Numbered from the stretch's first letter, positions 32,962-45,807 are shown. The stretch is 64,000 nucleotides of DNA from Escherichia coli (GCF_003334305.1 NZ_QOWS01000001.1), one strand, 5' to 3'. Notes: generated by a model not told the origin, from the sequence alone. Numbers and translations: made by a program.

Positions 32962-35124
32962 ATGACAGAAAAAGTAAAACAACATGCCGCTCCGGTAACG
33001 GGCAGTGATGAAATCGATATTGGTCGCCTGGTCGGCACCGTCATTGAAGCGCGCTGGTGGGTGATTGGCATCACCGCCGTATTTGCCCTCTGTGCCGTGG
33101 TTTACACTTTCTTCGCCACGCCGATTTATAGTGCCGACGCACTGGTACAAATCGAGCAAAACAGCGGCAATTCGTTAGTGCAGGACATTGGTTCGGCATT
33201 AGCCAACAAACCGCCAGCATCGGACGCCGAGATCCAGTTGATTCGTTCGCGCCTGGTGCTTGGTAAAACGGTGGACGATCTCGACCTCGATATTGCAGTG
33301 AGCAAAAACACGTTCCCGATTTTCGGGGCGGGCTGGGATCGCCTGATGGGGCGTCAGAACGAGACGGTGAAAGTGACTACCTTTAACCGCCCGAAAGAGA
33401 TGGCGGATCAGGTGTTTACACTTAATGTGCTGGACGATAAAAACTACACTCTGAGCAGCGATGGCGGCTTTAGCGCCCGTGGGCAAGCGGGCCAGATGCT
33501 GACAAAAGAAGGCGTCACGCTGATGGTTGAAGCCATTCACGCCCGCCCGGGCAGTGAGTTTACCGTCACCAAATACTCCACGCTGGGGATGATCAATCAA
33601 CTGCAAAACAGCCTGACGGTAACGGAGAACGGCAAAGACGCAGGCGTACTGAGCCTGACTTATACCGGTGAAGATCGCGAACAGATCCGCGACATTCTTA
33701 ACAGCATCGCCCGTAACTATCAGGAACAAAATATTGAGCGCAAATCGGCGGAAGCGTCGAAAAGCCTCGCTTTCCTTGCGCAACAGTTACCGGAAGTACG
33801 TAGCCGCCTCGATGTTGCCGAAAACAAACTGAATGCCTTCCGTCAGGATAAAGATTCTGTTGATCTGCCGCTGGAAGCGAAAGCGGTGCTCGATTCGATG
33901 GTGAACATCGACGCGCAGTTGAACGAACTGACCTTTAAAGAGGCGGAAATCTCCAAGCTGTACACCAAAGTTCACCCGGCGTACCGCACGCTGCTGGAGA
34001 AACGTCAGGCGCTGGAAGACGAAAAAGCCAAACTTAATGGTCGCGTAACGGCGATGCCGAAAACCCAGCAGGAAATTGTCCGTCTGACCCGCGATGTCGA
34101 GTCTGGTCAGCAGGTCTATATGCAACTGCTGAATAAAGAGCAGGAACTGAAAATCACCGAAGCCAGCACCGTCGGCGATGTGCGCATTGTTGACCCGGCA
34201 ATCACCCAGCCTGGCGTGTTAAAACCGAAGAAAGGGCTGATTATCCTCGGCGCGATTATCCTCGGCCTGATGCTCTCTATCGTGGGTGTGCTGCTGCGCT
34301 CGTTGTTTAATCGCGGCATCGAAAGCCCGCAGGTGCTGGAAGAACACGGTATCAGCGTCTATGCCAGCATCCCGCTGTCGGAATGGCAGAAAGCGCGCGA
34401 TAGCGTCAAAACCATCAAAGGGGTTAAACGCTATAAACAGAGTCAGCTACTGGCGGTAGGGAATCCAACCGATCTGGCGATTGAAGCCATCCGTAGTCTG
34501 CGTACCAGTCTGCACTTCGCGATGATACAGGCGCAGAACAATGTGTTGATGATGACCGGGGTTAGCCCGTCAATCGGTAAAACCTTTGTCTGCGCCAACC
34601 TGGCGGCGGTGATCAGCCAGACCAATAAACGGGTGTTGTTGATCGACTGCGATATGCGCAAAGGTTATACCCACGAGCTGTTGGGCACCAATAACGTTAA
34701 TGGCCTGTCGGAAATTCTGATTGGTCAGGGCGATATTACTACCGCTGCTAAACCGACCTCTATTGCCAAATTTGACCTGATCCCGCGCGGTCAGGTACCG
34801 CCAAATCCTTCTGAACTGTTGATGAGCGAACGCTTTGCCGAACTGGTGAACTGGGCGAGTAAAAACTACGACCTGGTGTTGATTGATACGCCGCCGATTC
34901 TGGCAGTGACCGATGCCGCAATTGTTGGTCGTCATGTCGGAACCACGTTAATGGTGGCGCGTTATGCGGTCAACACCTTGAAAGAAGTGGAAACCAGTCT
35001 GAGCCGCTTTGAGCAAAACGGTATTCCGGTGAAAGGGGTGATTCTGAACTCCATCTTCCGCCGCGCCAGCGCGTATCAGGATTATGGCTATTACGAATAC
35101 GAATATAAGTCGGATGCGAAATAA
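32962..35124 (+). CDS. wzc: Tyrosine autokinase / polysaccharide co-polymerase Wzc
   Basis: 720 aa from ATG at 32962 (MTEKVKQHAAP...); Walker A (SPSIGKT), C-terminal Tyr cluster (YQDYGYYEYEYK). Confidence 0.95.
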   Translation: MTEKVKQHAAPVTGSDEIDIGRLVGTVIEARWWVIGITAVFALCAVVYTFFATPIYSADALVQIEQNSGNSLVQDIGSALANKPPASDAEIQLIRSRLVLGKTVDDLDLDIAVSKNTFPIFGAGWDRLMGRQNETVKVTTFNRPKEMADQVFTLNVLDDKNYTLSSDGGFSARGQAGQMLTKEGVTLMVEAIHARPGSEFTVTKYSTLGMINQLQNSLTVTENGKDAGVLSLTYTGEDREQIRDILNSIARNYQEQNIERKSAEASKSLAFLAQQLPEVRSRLDVAENKLNAFRQDKDSVDLPLEAKAVLDSMVNIDAQLNELTFKEAEISKLYTKVHPAYRTLLEKRQALEDEKAKLNGRVTAMPKTQQEIVRLTRDVESGQQVYMQLLNKEQELKITEASTVGDVRIVDPAITQPGVLKPKKGLIILGAIILGLMLSIVGVLLRSLFNRGIESPQVLEEHGISVYASIPLSEWQKARDSVKTIKGVKRYKQSQLLAVGNPTDLAIEAIRSLRTSLHFAMIQAQNNVLMMTGVSPSIGKTFVCANLAAVISQTNKRVLLIDCDMRKGYTHELLGTNNVNGLSEILIGQGDITTAAKPTSIAKFDLIPRGQVPPNPSELLMSERFAELVNWASKNYDLVLIDTPPILAVTDAAIVGRHVGTTLMVARYAVNTLKEVETSLSRFEQNGIPVKGVILNSIFRRASAYQDYGYYEYEYKSDAK

Positions 35125-35125
35125 C

Positions 35126-35245
35126 GACATCCGCTGTCGGATGCGATGCTGACGCATCTTATCCGACCTACCTTCACGCCGCATCCGGCAAGCAAACCAG
35201 CTCCGTAGGCCGGATAAGGCGCTCACGCCGCATCCGGCAACAGAA
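35126..35245. repeat. REP/BIME cluster between wzc and wcaA
   Basis: Multiple GCCGGATGCGGCG / CCGCATCCGGC-type palindromic units. Confidence 0.6.
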
Positions 35246-35301
35246 CCCGTAAACAAGCTTATAAACCGGCAGAACATCTCGACACTCCGGGAGAACAACC
35301 T

Positions 35302-36141
35302 ATGAAAGACAATCCGCTGATTTCAATCTATATGCCGACCTGGAACCGCCAACAACTGGCGATTCGGGCGATAAAATCGGTCCTGCGCCAGGACTACAGC
35401 AACTGGGAGATGATCATCGTGGATGATTGCTCCACCTCCTGGGAACAACTGCAACAGTACGTCACTGCCCTCAACGATCCGCGTATTACCTACATTCACA
35501 ACGACATTAACAGCGGGGCGTGCGCGGTACGTAACCAGGCGATTATGCTGGCGCAAGGGGAATACATTACCGGGATCGATGACGATGATGAATGGACGCC
35601 CAACCGCCTGAGCGTCTTCCTCGCCCATAAACAGCAACTGGTCACTCACGCCTTTTTGTACGCTAACGACTACGTATGCCAGGGAGAAGTTTATTCCCAA
35701 CCAGCAAGCTTACCACTGTATCCCAAATCGCCGTACTCACGCCGCCTGTTCTATAAACGCAATATCATTGGCAATCAGGTTTTTACCTGGGCGTGGCGTT
35801 TCAAAGAGTGCTTGTTCGATACCGAACTGAAAGCAGCACAGGATTACGACATCTTCCTGCGGATGGTGGTGGAGTATGGCGAACCGTGGAAAGTGGAAGA
35901 GGCGACGCAGATCCTGCATATCAATCACGGTGAAATGCAGATCACCTCGTCACCGAAAAAATTCTCCGGGTACTTCCACTTTTACCGCAAGCACAAAGAT
36001 AAATTTGACCGTGCAAGCAAAAAATATCAGCTGTTTACCCTCTACCAGATCCGCAATAAACGTATGACCTGGCGCACTTTGCTGACGCTGCTGTCGGTGC
36101 GTAACGGCAAACGTCTGGCTGATGGTATTCGGGGGCGCTAA
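35302..36141 (+). CDS. wcaA: Colanic acid biosynthesis glycosyltransferase WcaA (GT2)
   Basis: 279 aa; GT2 motifs (SIYMPTWNR, DDDDEW). Confidence 0.9.
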   Translation: MKDNPLISIYMPTWNRQQLAIRAIKSVLRQDYSNWEMIIVDDCSTSWEQLQQYVTALNDPRITYIHNDINSGACAVRNQAIMLAQGEYITGIDDDDEWTPNRLSVFLAHKQQLVTHAFLYANDYVCQGEVYSQPASLPLYPKSPYSRRLFYKRNIIGNQVFTWAWRFKECLFDTELKAAQDYDIFLRMVVEYGEPWKVEEATQILHINHGEMQITSSPKKFSGYFHFYRKHKDKFDRASKKYQLFTLYQIRNKRMTWRTLLTLLSVRNGKRLADGIRGR

Positions 36142-36143
36142 AG

Positions 36144-36632
36144 ATGCTGGAAGATCTGCGTGCCAACAGCTGGAGTTTACGCCCGTGCTGCATGGTTCTT
36201 GCCTATCGTGTTGCTCATTTTTGTTCGGTGTGGCGCAAAAAGAACGTCCTCAACAATCTGTGGGCGGCCCCGCTGCTGGTGCTGTATCGCATTATCACCG
36301 AATGCTTTTTCGGTTATGAAATCCAGGCCGCCGCGACCATTGGCCGCCGCTTTACTATCCATCACGGTTACGCCGTAGTGATCAATAAAAACGTGGTAGC
36401 GGGGGATGATTTCACCATTCGCCACGGCGTCACTATCGGCAATCGTGGTGCCGATAACATGGCATGTCCACACATTGGCAACGGCGTCGAACTCGGTGCC
36501 AACGTCATTATTCTTGGTGATATCACGCTTGGTAACAACGTCACCGTGGGCGCGGGCAGCGTGGTGCTCGACTCTGTCCCGGACAACGCGCTGGTGGTGG
36601 GAGAAAAAGCGCGAGTGAAGGTAATTAAATGA
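36144..36632 (+). CDS. wcaB: Colanic acid acetyltransferase WcaB (hexapeptide repeat)
   Basis: 162 aa; left-handed beta-helix hexapeptide repeats. Confidence 0.9.
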   Translation: MLEDLRANSWSLRPCCMVLAYRVAHFCSVWRKKNVLNNLWAAPLLVLYRIITECFFGYEIQAAATIGRRFTIHHGYAVVINKNVVAGDDFTIRHGVTIGNRGADNMACPHIGNGVELGANVIILGDITLGNNVTVGAGSVVLDSVPDNALVVGEKARVKVIK

Positions 36633-37846
36633 ATATTCTGCAATTTAATGTGCGACTGGCGGAAGGCGGGGCGGCAGGTGTGGCGTTAGATCTCCATCAG
36701 CGTGCGCTGCAACAGGGGCTGGCGTCACATTTTGTCTACGGCTACGGCAAAGGCGGCAAAGAGAGCGTCAGCCATCAGAACTATCCGCAGGTCATCAAAC
36801 ATACGCCGCGGATGACCGCGATGGCGAACATTGCGTTGTTTCGTCTGTTTAATCGCGATCTGTTCGGCAATTTCAATGAGTTATATCGCACCATTACTCG
36901 CACCCCGGGGCCGGTGGTTCTGCATTTTCATGTGCTGCACAGCTACTGGCTAAATCTTAAGAGCGTGGTGCGCTTTTGCGAAAAGGTGAAAAACCATAAA
37001 CCGGATGTCACTCTGGTCTGGACGCTGCACGACCACTGGAGCGTTACCGGGCGCTGCGCCTTTACCGACGGTTGTGAAGGCTGGAAAACGGGCTGCCAGA
37101 AATGCCCGACCTTAAATAACTATCCGCCGGTGAAGATTGATCGCGCGCACCAGCTGGTGGCGGGCAAACGCCAGTTATTTCGTGAGATGCTGGCGCTGGG
37201 CTGTCAGTTTATTTCCCCCAGCCAGCATGTGGCTGACGCTTTCAATAGTCTGTACGGGCCAGGGCGTTGCCGGATTATCAATAATGGTATTGATATGGCA
37301 ACCGAAGCGATTCTGGCGGACTTGCCTCCGGTGCGCGAAACCCAGGGCAAGCCGAAAATCGCGGTGGTGGCGCATGACCTGCGTTACGACGGCAAGACTA
37401 ACCAGCAACTGGTGCGTGAGATGATGGCGCTGGGCGACAAAATTGAACTGCATACCTTCGGTAAGTTCTCGCCGTTCACCGCTGGCAACGTGGTTAATCA
37501 CGGCTTTGAAACCGACAAACGTAAGCTGATGAGCGCGCTCAATCAGATGGATGCGCTGGTGTTCAGTTCTCGCGTCGATAACTACCCGCTGATTTTGTGT
37601 GAGGCGCTATCGATTGGCGTGCCGGTGATTGCCACCCATAGCGATGCGGCGCGTGAAGTGCTGCAAAAATCCGGCGGTAAAACCGTCAGTGAAGAAGAGG
37701 TGCTGCAACTGGTGCAGTTAAGCAAACCGGAAATCGCGCAGGCGATATTTGGTACCACGCTGGCTGAGTTCAGCCAACGCAGCCGCGCCGCCTACAGTGG
37801 ACAACAGATGCTGGAGGAGTATGTCAACTTCTATCAGAATCTGTAG
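36629..37846 (+). CDS. wcaC: Colanic acid glycosyltransferase WcaC
   Basis: 405 aa; GT-B-like; operon position. Confidence 0.9.
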   Translation: MNILQFNVRLAEGGAAGVALDLHQRALQQGLASHFVYGYGKGGKESVSHQNYPQVIKHTPRMTAMANIALFRLFNRDLFGNFNELYRTITRTPGPVVLHFHVLHSYWLNLKSVVRFCEKVKNHKPDVTLVWTLHDHWSVTGRCAFTDGCEGWKTGCQKCPTLNNYPPVKIDRAHQLVAGKRQLFREMLALGCQFISPSQHVADAFNSLYGPGRCRIINNGIDMATEAILADLPPVRETQGKPKIAVVAHDLRYDGKTNQQLVREMMALGDKIELHTFGKFSPFTAGNVVNHGFETDKRKLMSALNQMDALVFSSRVDNYPLILCEALSIGVPVIATHSDAAREVLQKSGGKTVSEEEVLQLVQLSKPEIAQAIFGTTLAEFSQRSRAAYSGQQMLEEYVNFYQNL

Positions 37847-39038
37847 CTACCTGCTGCTGCCGCTGATCTACCTGCTGGTTAACGTCAAAATCGCCCAGCT
37901 TGGCGAAAGTTTCCCCATCACTATCGTCACTTTTTTACCTGTCTTGTTACTGCTGTTTTTAGAACGCATCAGCGTTAAAAAATTGATGATTGCCTTAGGG
38001 ATTGGTGCGGGACTCACGGCGTTTAACTACCTGTTTGGTCAGTCGCTGGATGCCGGTAAATACGTCACTTCAACCATGCTGTTTGTCTATATTGTGATCA
38101 TTATTGGCATGGTGTGGAGTATTCGTTTTAAAACAATTTCGCCACACAACCATCGCAAGATATTACGTTTCTTTTATCTGGTGGTCGGGCTGGTGGTGGC
38201 GCTGGCGGCGGTGGAGATGGCGCAAATTATCCTCACCGGCGGCAGCAGTATTATGGAGTCGATTTCGAAATATCTGATTTACAGCAACAGCTATGTACTG
38301 AATTTCATTAAATTCGGCGGTAAGCGTACGACAGCACTTTATTTCGAACCGGCATTTTTCGCTCTGGCATTAATCTCAATTTGGCTCAGCATCAAACAGT
38401 TTGGTATCAAAACGCCTAAAACCGATGCTATGATTCTCGCAGGAATAATATTATCCGGATCGTTTTCAGGGGTTATGACCTTTATCCTGTTTTATTTGCT
38501 GGAGTGGGCATTCCAATATCTGAATAAAGAGGCGATTAAGAAAAAGTTGCCGTTAGCATTGATTTCTCTGGCTGTATTCCTGGTTGGTGTGGTAATCGCG
38601 TTTCCTTATATTTCCACCCGTCTGGGCGATTTAGGTACGGAAGGATCGTCATCGTATTATCGTATTGTCGGTCCGCTGGTAATGGTCGGTTATTCTTTGA
38701 CCCATATTGACGGTGTAGTCAGATTTGGCTCACTTTATGAATATGTCGCATCATTCGGAATATTTAACGGTGCGGATGTCGGAAAAACCATAGACAATGG
38801 TTTGTATCTGCTGATTATTTATTTTTCCTGGTTCGCAGTGTTTTTATCGCTGTGGTACATGGGGAAAGTGATAAAAATGATGATCAACGCTTTTGGTGAT
38901 AACCGCAATTTTCGCGTGCAATTATATCTTTTCACTCCGGTATCGCTGTTTTTTACCGGTTCGATATTTAGCCCGGAATATGCATTTTTAATCGTCTGTC
39001 CGTTTATTTTGCGAAAAGCGTTAAATATTACGAGGTAA
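37821..39038 (+). CDS. wcaD: Colanic acid polymerase WcaD
   Basis: 405 aa from ATG at 37821 ([12 protein letters not shown]...); polytopic membrane protein. Confidence 0.9.
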   Translation: MSTSIRICSYLLLPLIYLLVNVKIAQLGESFPITIVTFLPVLLLLFLERISVKKLMIALGIGAGLTAFNYLFGQSLDAGKYVTSTMLFVYIVIIIGMVWSIRFKTISPHNHRKILRFFYLVVGLVVALAAVEMAQIILTGGSSIMESISKYLIYSNSYVLNFIKFGGKRTTALYFEPAFFALALISIWLSIKQFGIKTPKTDAMILAGIILSGSFSGVMTFILFYLLEWAFQYLNKEAIKKKLPLALISLAVFLVGVVIAFPYISTRLGDLGTEGSSSYYRIVGPLVMVGYSLTHIDGVVRFGSLYEYVASFGIFNGADVGKTIDNGLYLLIIYFSWFAVFLSLWYMGKVIKMMINAFGDNRNFRVQLYLFTPVSLFFTGSIFSPEYAFLIVCPFILRKALNITR

Positions 39039-39048
39039 GAATAAGAAC

Positions 39049-39795
39049 ATGTTGCTTAGCATAATCACTGTCGCGTTTCGTAACCTCGAAGGGATAGTCA
39101 AAACACATGCCTCGCTGGCGCATCTGGCGCAGGCGGAAGATATCAGCTTCGAATGGATTGTTGTCGATGGCGGTTCCAACGACGGCACCCGTGAGTATCT
39201 GGAAAATCTCAATGGTATCTTTAACCTACGCTTTGTCAGCGAGCCAGATAACGGTATCTACGACGCCATGAACAAAGGCATTGCGATGGCACAAGGCAAG
39301 TTCGCGTTGTTTCTCAACTCGGGCGATATTTTTCATCAGGATGCCGCAAATTTTGTCCGTAAGTTAAAAATGCAAAAAGATAACGTGATGATCACCGGCG
39401 ATGCGCTGCTGGATTTTGGCGACGGGCATAAAATTAAGCGTAGTGCTAAACCGGGTTGGTATATTTATCACAGCCTGCCCGCCAGCCATCAGGCGATATT
39501 TTTCCCGGTATCCGGCTTGAAAAAATGGCGTTATGACCTGGAATATAAAGTATCTTCCGATTACGCGCTGGCGGCTAAAATGTATAAAGCCGGTTATGCA
39601 TTTAAAAAACTCAATGGCCTGGTGTCTGAATTTTCCATGGGTGGGGTATCAACCACCAATAATATGGAATTGTGTGCTGACGCCAAAAAAGTCCAACGGC
39701 AAATATTACATGTGCCTGGCTTCTGGGCAGAATTATCCTGGCATTTACGCCAACGTACTACCTCAAAGACGAAAGCCTTATATAACAAAAGCTGA
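39049..39795 (+). CDS. wcaE: Colanic acid glycosyltransferase WcaE (GT2)
   Basis: 248 aa; GT2 N-terminal fold. Confidence 0.9.
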   Translation: MLLSIITVAFRNLEGIVKTHASLAHLAQAEDISFEWIVVDGGSNDGTREYLENLNGIFNLRFVSEPDNGIYDAMNKGIAMAQGKFALFLNSGDIFHQDAANFVRKLKMQKDNVMITGDALLDFGDGHKIKRSAKPGWYIYHSLPASHQAIFFPVSGLKKWRYDLEYKVSSDYALAAKMYKAGYAFKKLNGLVSEFSMGGVSTTNNMELCADAKKVQRQILHVPGFWAELSWHLRQRTTSKTKALYNKS

Positions 39796-39810
39796 ATATA
39801 AGGGAAAACG

Positions 39811-40359
39811 ATGCAAGATTTAAGCGGTTTCTCGGTGCCGAAAGGGTTCCGGGGCGGCAACGCTATTAAAGTGCAATTATGGTGGGCAGTACAGGCAACA
39901 ATATTTGCCTGGTCGCCACAAGTATTGTATCGCTGGCGGGCTTTTTTATTACGTTTATTCGGCGCAAAAATAGGAAAAAACGTAGTTATTCGTCCGTCAG
40001 TAAAAATTACCTATCCGTGGAAATTAACCTTAGGTGATTACGCGTGGGTCGGCGATGACGTCAATTTATATACCCTCGGTGAAATAACCATTGGCGCACA
40101 TTCGGTGATATCGCAAAAAAGTTATTTATGCACCGGTAGCCACGACCATGCAAGTCAACATTTCACCATTAACGCCACGCCTATTGTGATTGGCGAGAAA
40201 TGCTGGCTGGCAACCGATGTCTTTGTTGCCCCAGGCGTCACAATCGGCGACGGCACCGTCGTGGGTGCACGAAGCAGTGTTTTTAAATCGCTTCCGGCAA
40301 ATGTGGTTTGCCGGGGGAATCCCGCAGTGGTGATACGCGAACGCGTTGAAACTGAATAA
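39811..40359 (+). CDS. wcaF: Colanic acid acetyltransferase WcaF (hexapeptide repeat)
   Basis: 182 aa; hexapeptide repeats. Confidence 0.9.
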   Translation: MQDLSGFSVPKGFRGGNAIKVQLWWAVQATIFAWSPQVLYRWRAFLLRLFGAKIGKNVVIRPSVKITYPWKLTLGDYAWVGDDVNLYTLGEITIGAHSVISQKSYLCTGSHDHASQHFTINATPIVIGEKCWLATDVFVAPGVTIGDGTVVGARSSVFKSLPANVVCRGNPAVVIRERVETE

Positions 40360-40384
40360 ATTCAAAAATACAGAGGAATAAGAC

Positions 40385-41506
40385 ATGTCAAAAGTCGCTC
40401 TCATCACCGGTGTAACCGGACAAGACGGTTCTTACCTGGCAGAGTTTCTGCTGGAAAAAGGTTACGAGGTGCATGGTATTAAGCGTCGCGCATCGTCATT
40501 CAACACCGAGCGCGTGGATCACATTTATCAGGATCCGCACACCTGCAACCCGAAATTCCATCTGCATTATGGCGACCTGAGTGATACCTCCAACCTGACG
40601 CGCATTTTGCGTGAAGTACAGCCGGATGAAGTGTACAACCTGGGCGCAATGAGCCACGTTGCGGTTTCTTTTGAGTCACCGGAATATACCGCAGACGTCG
40701 ATGCGATGGGTACGCTGCGCCTGCTCGAGGCGATCCGCTTCCTCGGTCTGGAAAAGAAAACCCGTTTCTATCAGGCTTCCACCTCTGAACTGTACGGTCT
40801 GGTGCAGGAAATTCCGCAGAAAGAAACCACGCCGTTCTACCCGCGATCTCCGTATGCGGTCGCCAAACTGTACGCCTACTGGATCACCGTTAACTACCGC
40901 GAATCCTACGGCATGTACGCTTGTAACGGAATTCTCTTCAACCATGAATCCCCGCGCCGCGGCGAAACCTTCGTTACCCGCAAAATCACCCGCGCAATCG
41001 CCAACATCGCCCAGGGGCTGGAGTCGTGCCTGTACCTCGGCAATATGGATTCCCTGCGTGACTGGGGCCACGCCAAAGACTACGTAAAAATGCAGTGGAT
41101 GATGCTGCAACAGGAACAGCCGGAAGATTTCGTTATCGCGACCGGCGTTCAGTACTCCGTGCGTCAGTTCGTGGAAATGGCAGCGGCACAGCTGGGCATC
41201 AAACTGCGCTTTGAAGGCACGGGTGTTGAAGAGAAGGGCATTGTGGTTTCCGTCACCGGGCATGACGCGCCGGGCGTTAAACCGGGTGATGTGATTATCG
41301 CCGTTGATCCGCGTTACTTCCGTCCGGCTGAAGTTGAAACGCTGCTCGGCGACCCGACCAAAGCGCACGAAAAACTGGGCTGGAAACCGGAAATCACCCT
41401 CAGAGAGATGGTGTCTGAAATGGTGGCTAATGACCTCGAAGCGGCGAAAAAACACTCTCTGCTGAAATCTCACGGCTACGACGTGGCGATCGCGCTGGAG
41501 TCATAA
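40385..41506 (+). CDS. gmd: GDP-mannose 4,6-dehydratase
   Basis: 373 aa; SDR Rossmann motif [10 protein letters not shown]. Confidence 0.95.
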
Positions 41507-41508
41507 GC

Positions 41509-42474
41509 ATGAGTAGACAACGCATTTTTATCGCTGGCCATCGCGGAATGGTCGGTTCTGCCATCAGGCGGCAGCTCGAACAGCGCGGTGATGTGGAACT
41601 GGTATTACGCACCCGCGACGAGCTGAACCTGCTGGACAGCCGCGCGGTGCATGATTTCTTTGCCAGCGAACGCATTGACCAGGTCTATCTGGCGGCGGCG
41701 AAAGTGGGCGGCATTGTTGCCAACAACACCTATCCGGCGGATTTCATCTACCAGAACATGATGATTGAGAGCAACATCATTCACGCCGCGCATCAGAACG
41801 ACGTGAACAAACTGCTGTTTCTCGGATCGTCCTGCATCTACCCGAAACTGGCAAAACAGCCGATGGCAGAAAGCGAGCTGTTGCAGGGCACGCTGGAGCC
41901 GACTAACGAGCCTTATGCCATTGCCAAAATCGCCGGGATCAAACTGTGCGAATCTTACAACCGCCAGTATGGACGCGATTACCGCTCGGTCATGCCAACC
42001 AACCTGTACGGGCCACACGACAACTTCCATCCGAGTAACTCGCATGTGATCCCAGCATTGCTGCGTCGCTTCCACGAGGCGACGGCACAGAATGCACCGG
42101 ACGTGGTGGTGTGGGGCAGCGGTACACCGATGCGTGAATTTCTGCACGTCGATGATATGGCGGCGGCAAGCATTCATGTGATGGAGCTGGCGCACGAAGT
42201 CTGGCTGGAAAACACCCAGCCGATGTTGTCGCACATTAACGTCGGTACGGGCGTTGACTGCACTATCCGCGAGCTGGCGCAAACCATCGCCAAAGTGGTG
42301 GGTTACAAAGGTCGGGTGGTTTTTGATGCCAGTAAACCGGATGGTACGCCGCGCAAACTGCTGGATGTGACGCGCCTGCATCAGCTTGGCTGGTATCACG
42401 AAATCTCACTGGAAGCGGGGCTTGCCAGCACTTACCAGTGGTTCCTTGAGAATCAAGACCGCTTTCGGGGGTAA
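41509..42474 (+). CDS. fcl: GDP-L-fucose synthase (GDP-4-keto-6-deoxymannose epimerase/reductase)
   Basis: 321 aa; matches Fcl/WcaG. Confidence 0.95.
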   Translation: MSRQRIFIAGHRGMVGSAIRRQLEQRGDVELVLRTRDELNLLDSRAVHDFFASERIDQVYLAAAKVGGIVANNTYPADFIYQNMMIESNIIHAAHQNDVNKLLFLGSSCIYPKLAKQPMAESELLQGTLEPTNEPYAIAKIAGIKLCESYNRQYGRDYRSVMPTNLYGPHDNFHPSNSHVIPALLRRFHEATAQNAPDVVVWGSGTPMREFLHVDDMAAASIHVMELAHEVWLENTQPMLSHINVGTGVDCTIRELAQTIAKVVGYKGRVVFDASKPDGTPRKLLDVTRLHQLGWYHEISLEAGLASTYQWFLENQDRFRG

Positions 42475-42476
42475 TG

Positions 42477-42956
42477 ATGTTTTTACGTCAGGAAGACTTT
42501 GCCACGGTAGTGCGCTCCACCCCGCTTGTCTCTCTCGACTTTATTGTCGAGAACAGTCGCGGCGAGTTTCTGCTTGGCAAAAGAACCAACCGCCCGGCGC
42601 AGGGTTACTGGTTTGTGCCGGGAGGGCGCGTGCAGAAAGACGAAACGCTGGAAGCCGCATTTGAGCGGCTGACGATGGCGGAACTGGGGCTGCGTCTGCC
42701 GATAACAGCAGGCCAGTTTTACGGTGTCTGGCAGCACTTTTATGACGATAACTTCTCCGGCATGGATTTCACCACTCACTATGTGGTGCTCGGTTTTCGC
42801 TTCAGAGTATCGGAAGAAGAGCTGTTACTGCCGGATGAGCAGCATGACGATTACCGCTGGCTGACGCCGGATGCACTGCTCGCCAGTGACAATGTTCACG
42901 CTAACAGCCGCGCCTATTTTCTCGCTGAGAAGCGTGCCGGAGTACCCGGATTATGA
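42477..42956 (+). CDS. gmm: GDP-mannose mannosyl hydrolase (Nudix)
   Basis: 159 aa from the second ATG; Nudix fold; alternative ATG at 42474. Confidence 0.9.
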   Translation: MFLRQEDFATVVRSTPLVSLDFIVENSRGEFLLGKRTNRPAQGYWFVPGGRVQKDETLEAAFERLTMAELGLRLPITAGQFYGVWQHFYDDNFSGMDFTTHYVVLGFRFRVSEEELLLPDEQHDDYRWLTPDALLASDNVHANSRAYFLAEKRAGVPGL

Positions 42957-44176
42957 AAATACTGGTCTACGGCATTAACTACTCGCCGGAGTTAACCGGC
43001 ATCGGCAAATACACCGGCGAGATGGTGGAATGGCTGGCGGCACAAGGTCATGAGGTGCGGGTCATTACCGCACCGCCTTACTACCCGCAGTGGCAGGTGG
43101 GTGAGAACTATTCCGCCTGGCGGTACAAACGAGAAGAGGGGGCCGCCACGGTGTGGCGCTGCCCGCTGTACGTGCCAAAACAGCCGAGCACCCTGAAACG
43201 CCTGTTGCATCTCAGCAGTTTTGCCGTCAGCAGTTTCTTTCCTCTGATGGCGCAACGTCGCTGGAAGCCGGATCGCATTATTGGCGTGGTGCCAACGCTG
43301 TTTTGCACGCCGGGAATGCGCCTGCTGGCGAAACTCTCTGGCGCGCGTACCGTGCTGCATATTCAGGATTACGAAGTGGACGCCATGCTGGGGCTGGGCC
43401 TTGCCGGAAAAGGCAAAGGCGGCAAAGTGGCACAGCTGGCGACGGCGTTCGAACGTAGCGGACTGCATAACGTCGATAACGTCTCCACGATTTCGCGTTC
43501 GATGATGAATAAAGCCATCGAAAAAGGCGTGGCGGCAGAAAACGTCATCTTCTTCCCCAACTGGTCAGAAATTGCCCGTTTTCAGCATGTTGCAGATGCC
43601 GATGTTGATGCCCTTCGTAACCAGCTTGGCCTGCCGGATAACAAAAAAATCATTCTTTACTCCGGCAATATTGGTGAAAAGCAGGGGCTGGAAAACGTTA
43701 TTGAAGCTGCCGATCGCCTGCGCGATGAACCGCTGATTTTTGCCATTGTCGGGCAGGGCGGCGGCAAAGCGCGGCTGGAAAAAATGGCGCAGCAGCGTGG
43801 ACTGCGCAACATGCAATTTTTTCCGCTGCAATCGTATGACGCTTTACCCGCACTGCTGAAGATGGGCGATTGCCATCTGGTGGTGCAAAAACGCGGCGCG
43901 GCAGATGCCGTATTGCCGTCGAAACTGACCAATATTCTGGCGGTAGGCGGTAACGCGGTGATTACTGCAGAAGCCCACACAGAACTGGGACAGCTTTGCG
44001 AAACCTTTCCGGGCATTGCGGTTTGCGTAGAGCCGGAATCGGTCGAGGCGCTGGTGGCGGGGATCCGTCAGGCGCTCCTGCTGCCCAAACACAACACGGT
44101 GGCACGTGAATATGCCGAACGCACTCTCGATAAAGAGAACGTGTTACGTCAATTTATAAATGATATTCGGGGATAA
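42953..44176 (+). CDS. wcaI: Colanic acid glycosyltransferase WcaI (GT4-like)
   Basis: 407 aa; ATG overlaps gmm stop. Confidence 0.9.
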   Translation: MKILVYGINYSPELTGIGKYTGEMVEWLAAQGHEVRVITAPPYYPQWQVGENYSAWRYKREEGAATVWRCPLYVPKQPSTLKRLLHLSSFAVSSFFPLMAQRRWKPDRIIGVVPTLFCTPGMRLLAKLSGARTVLHIQDYEVDAMLGLGLAGKGKGGKVAQLATAFERSGLHNVDNVSTISRSMMNKAIEKGVAAENVIFFPNWSEIARFQHVADADVDALRNQLGLPDNKKIILYSGNIGEKQGLENVIEAADRLRDEPLIFAIVGQGGGKARLEKMAQQRGLRNMQFFPLQSYDALPALLKMGDCHLVVQKRGAADAVLPSKLTNILAVGGNAVITAEAHTELGQLCETFPGIAVCVEPESVEALVAGIRQALLLPKHNTVAREYAERTLDKENVLRQFINDIRG

Positions 44177-44178
44177 TT

Positions 44179-45615
44179 ATGGCGCAGTCGAAACTCTATC
44201 CAGTTGTGATGGCAGGTGGCTCCGGTAGCCGCTTATGGCCGCTTTCCCGCGTACTTTACCCCAAGCAGTTTTTATGCCTGAAAGGCGATCTCACCATGCT
44301 GCAAACCACCATCTGCCGCCTGAACGGCGTGGAGTGCGAAAGCCCGGTGGTGATTTGCAATGAGCAGCACCGCTTTATTGTCGCGGAACAGCTGCGCCAA
44401 CTGAACAAACTCACCGAGAACATTATTCTCGAACCGGCAGGGCGTAATACTGCACCTGCCATTGCGCTGGCGGCGCTGGCGGCAAAACGTCATAGCCCGG
44501 AGAGCGACCCGTTAATGCTGGTATTGGCGGCGGATCATGTGATTGCCGATGAAGACGCGTTCCGTGCCGCCGTGCGTAATGCCATGCCATATGCCGAAGC
44601 GGGCAAGCTGGTGACCTTCGGCATTGTGCCGGATCTACCAGAAACCGGTTATGGCTATATTCGTCGCGGTGAAGTGTCTGCGGGTGAGCAGGATACGGTG
44701 GCCTTTGAAGTGGCGCAGTTTGTCGAAAAACCAAATCTGGAAACCGCGCAGGCCTATGTGGCAAGCGGCGAATATTACTGGAACAGCGGCATGTTCCTGT
44801 TCCGCGCCGGACGCTATCTCGAAGAACTGAAAAAATATCGCCCGGATATTCTCGATGCCTGCGAAAAAGCGATGAGCGCCGTCGATCCGGATCTCGATTT
44901 TATTCGCGTGGATGAAGAAGCGTTTCTCGCCTGCCCGGAAGAGTCGGTGGATTACGCGGTCATGGAACGTACGGCAGATGCCGTTGTGGTACCGATGGAT
45001 GCGGGCTGGAGCGATGTCGGTTCCTGGTCTTCATTATGGGAGATCAGCGCCCACACCGCCGAGGGCAACGTTTGCCACGGCGATGTAATTAATCACAAAA
45101 CTGAAAACAGCTATGTGTACGCCGAATCTGGCCTGGTCACCACCGTCGGGGTGAAAGATCTGGTGGTGGTGCAGACCAAAGATGCGGTGCTGATTGCCGA
45201 CCGTAACGCGGTGCAGGATGTGAAAAAAGTGGTCGAGCAGATCAAAGCCGATGGTCGCCATGAGCATCGGGTGCATCGCGAAGTCTATCGCCCGTGGGGC
45301 AAATATGACTCTATCGACGCAGGCGACCGCTACCAGGTGAAACGCATCACCGTGAAACCGGGCGAGGGCTTGTCGGTACAGATGCACCATCACCGCGCGG
45401 AACACTGGGTGGTTGTCGCGGGAACGGCAAAAGTCACTATTGACGGTGATATCAAACTGCTTGGTGAAAACGAGTCCATTTATATTCCGCTGGGGGCGAC
45501 GCACTGCCTGGAAAACCCGGGGAAAATTCCGCTCGATTTAATTGAAGTGCGCTCCGGCTCTTATCTCGAAGAGGATGATGTGGTGCGCTTCGCGGATCGC
45601 TACGGACGGGTGTAA
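44179..45615 (+). CDS. cpsB: Mannose-1-phosphate guanylyltransferase
   Basis: 478 aa; nucleotidyltransferase N-domain ([13 protein letters not shown]) plus cupin C-domain. Confidence 0.95.
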   Translation: MAQSKLYPVVMAGGSGSRLWPLSRVLYPKQFLCLKGDLTMLQTTICRLNGVECESPVVICNEQHRFIVAEQLRQLNKLTENIILEPAGRNTAPAIALAALAAKRHSPESDPLMLVLAADHVIADEDAFRAAVRNAMPYAEAGKLVTFGIVPDLPETGYGYIRRGEVSAGEQDTVAFEVAQFVEKPNLETAQAYVASGEYYWNSGMFLFRAGRYLEELKKYRPDILDACEKAMSAVDPDLDFIRVDEEAFLACPEESVDYAVMERTADAVVVPMDAGWSDVGSWSSLWEISAHTAEGNVCHGDVINHKTENSYVYAESGLVTTVGVKDLVVVQTKDAVLIADRNAVQDVKKVVEQIKADGRHEHRVHREVYRPWGKYDSIDAGDRYQVKRITVKPGEGLSVQMHHHRAEHWVVVAGTAKVTIDGDIKLLGENESIYIPLGATHCLENPGKIPLDLIEVRSGSYLEEDDVVRFADRYGRV

Positions 45616-45616
45616 A

Positions 45617-45718
<102 letters not shown>

Positions 45719-45807
45719 ATGAATGCCGAACCGCGATGTAAATAACGACAAAAACAAAATTGGCCGCTTCGGTCAGGGCCAACTATTGCCTGAAAAAGGG
45801 TAACGAC

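Noticed and set aside
40676-42399. Long antisense ORFs (265 and 264 aa) opposite gmd and fcl
   Set aside because: The sense strand encodes highly conserved enzymes; the antisense ORFs are stop-codon-poor by chance in GC-rich DNA.
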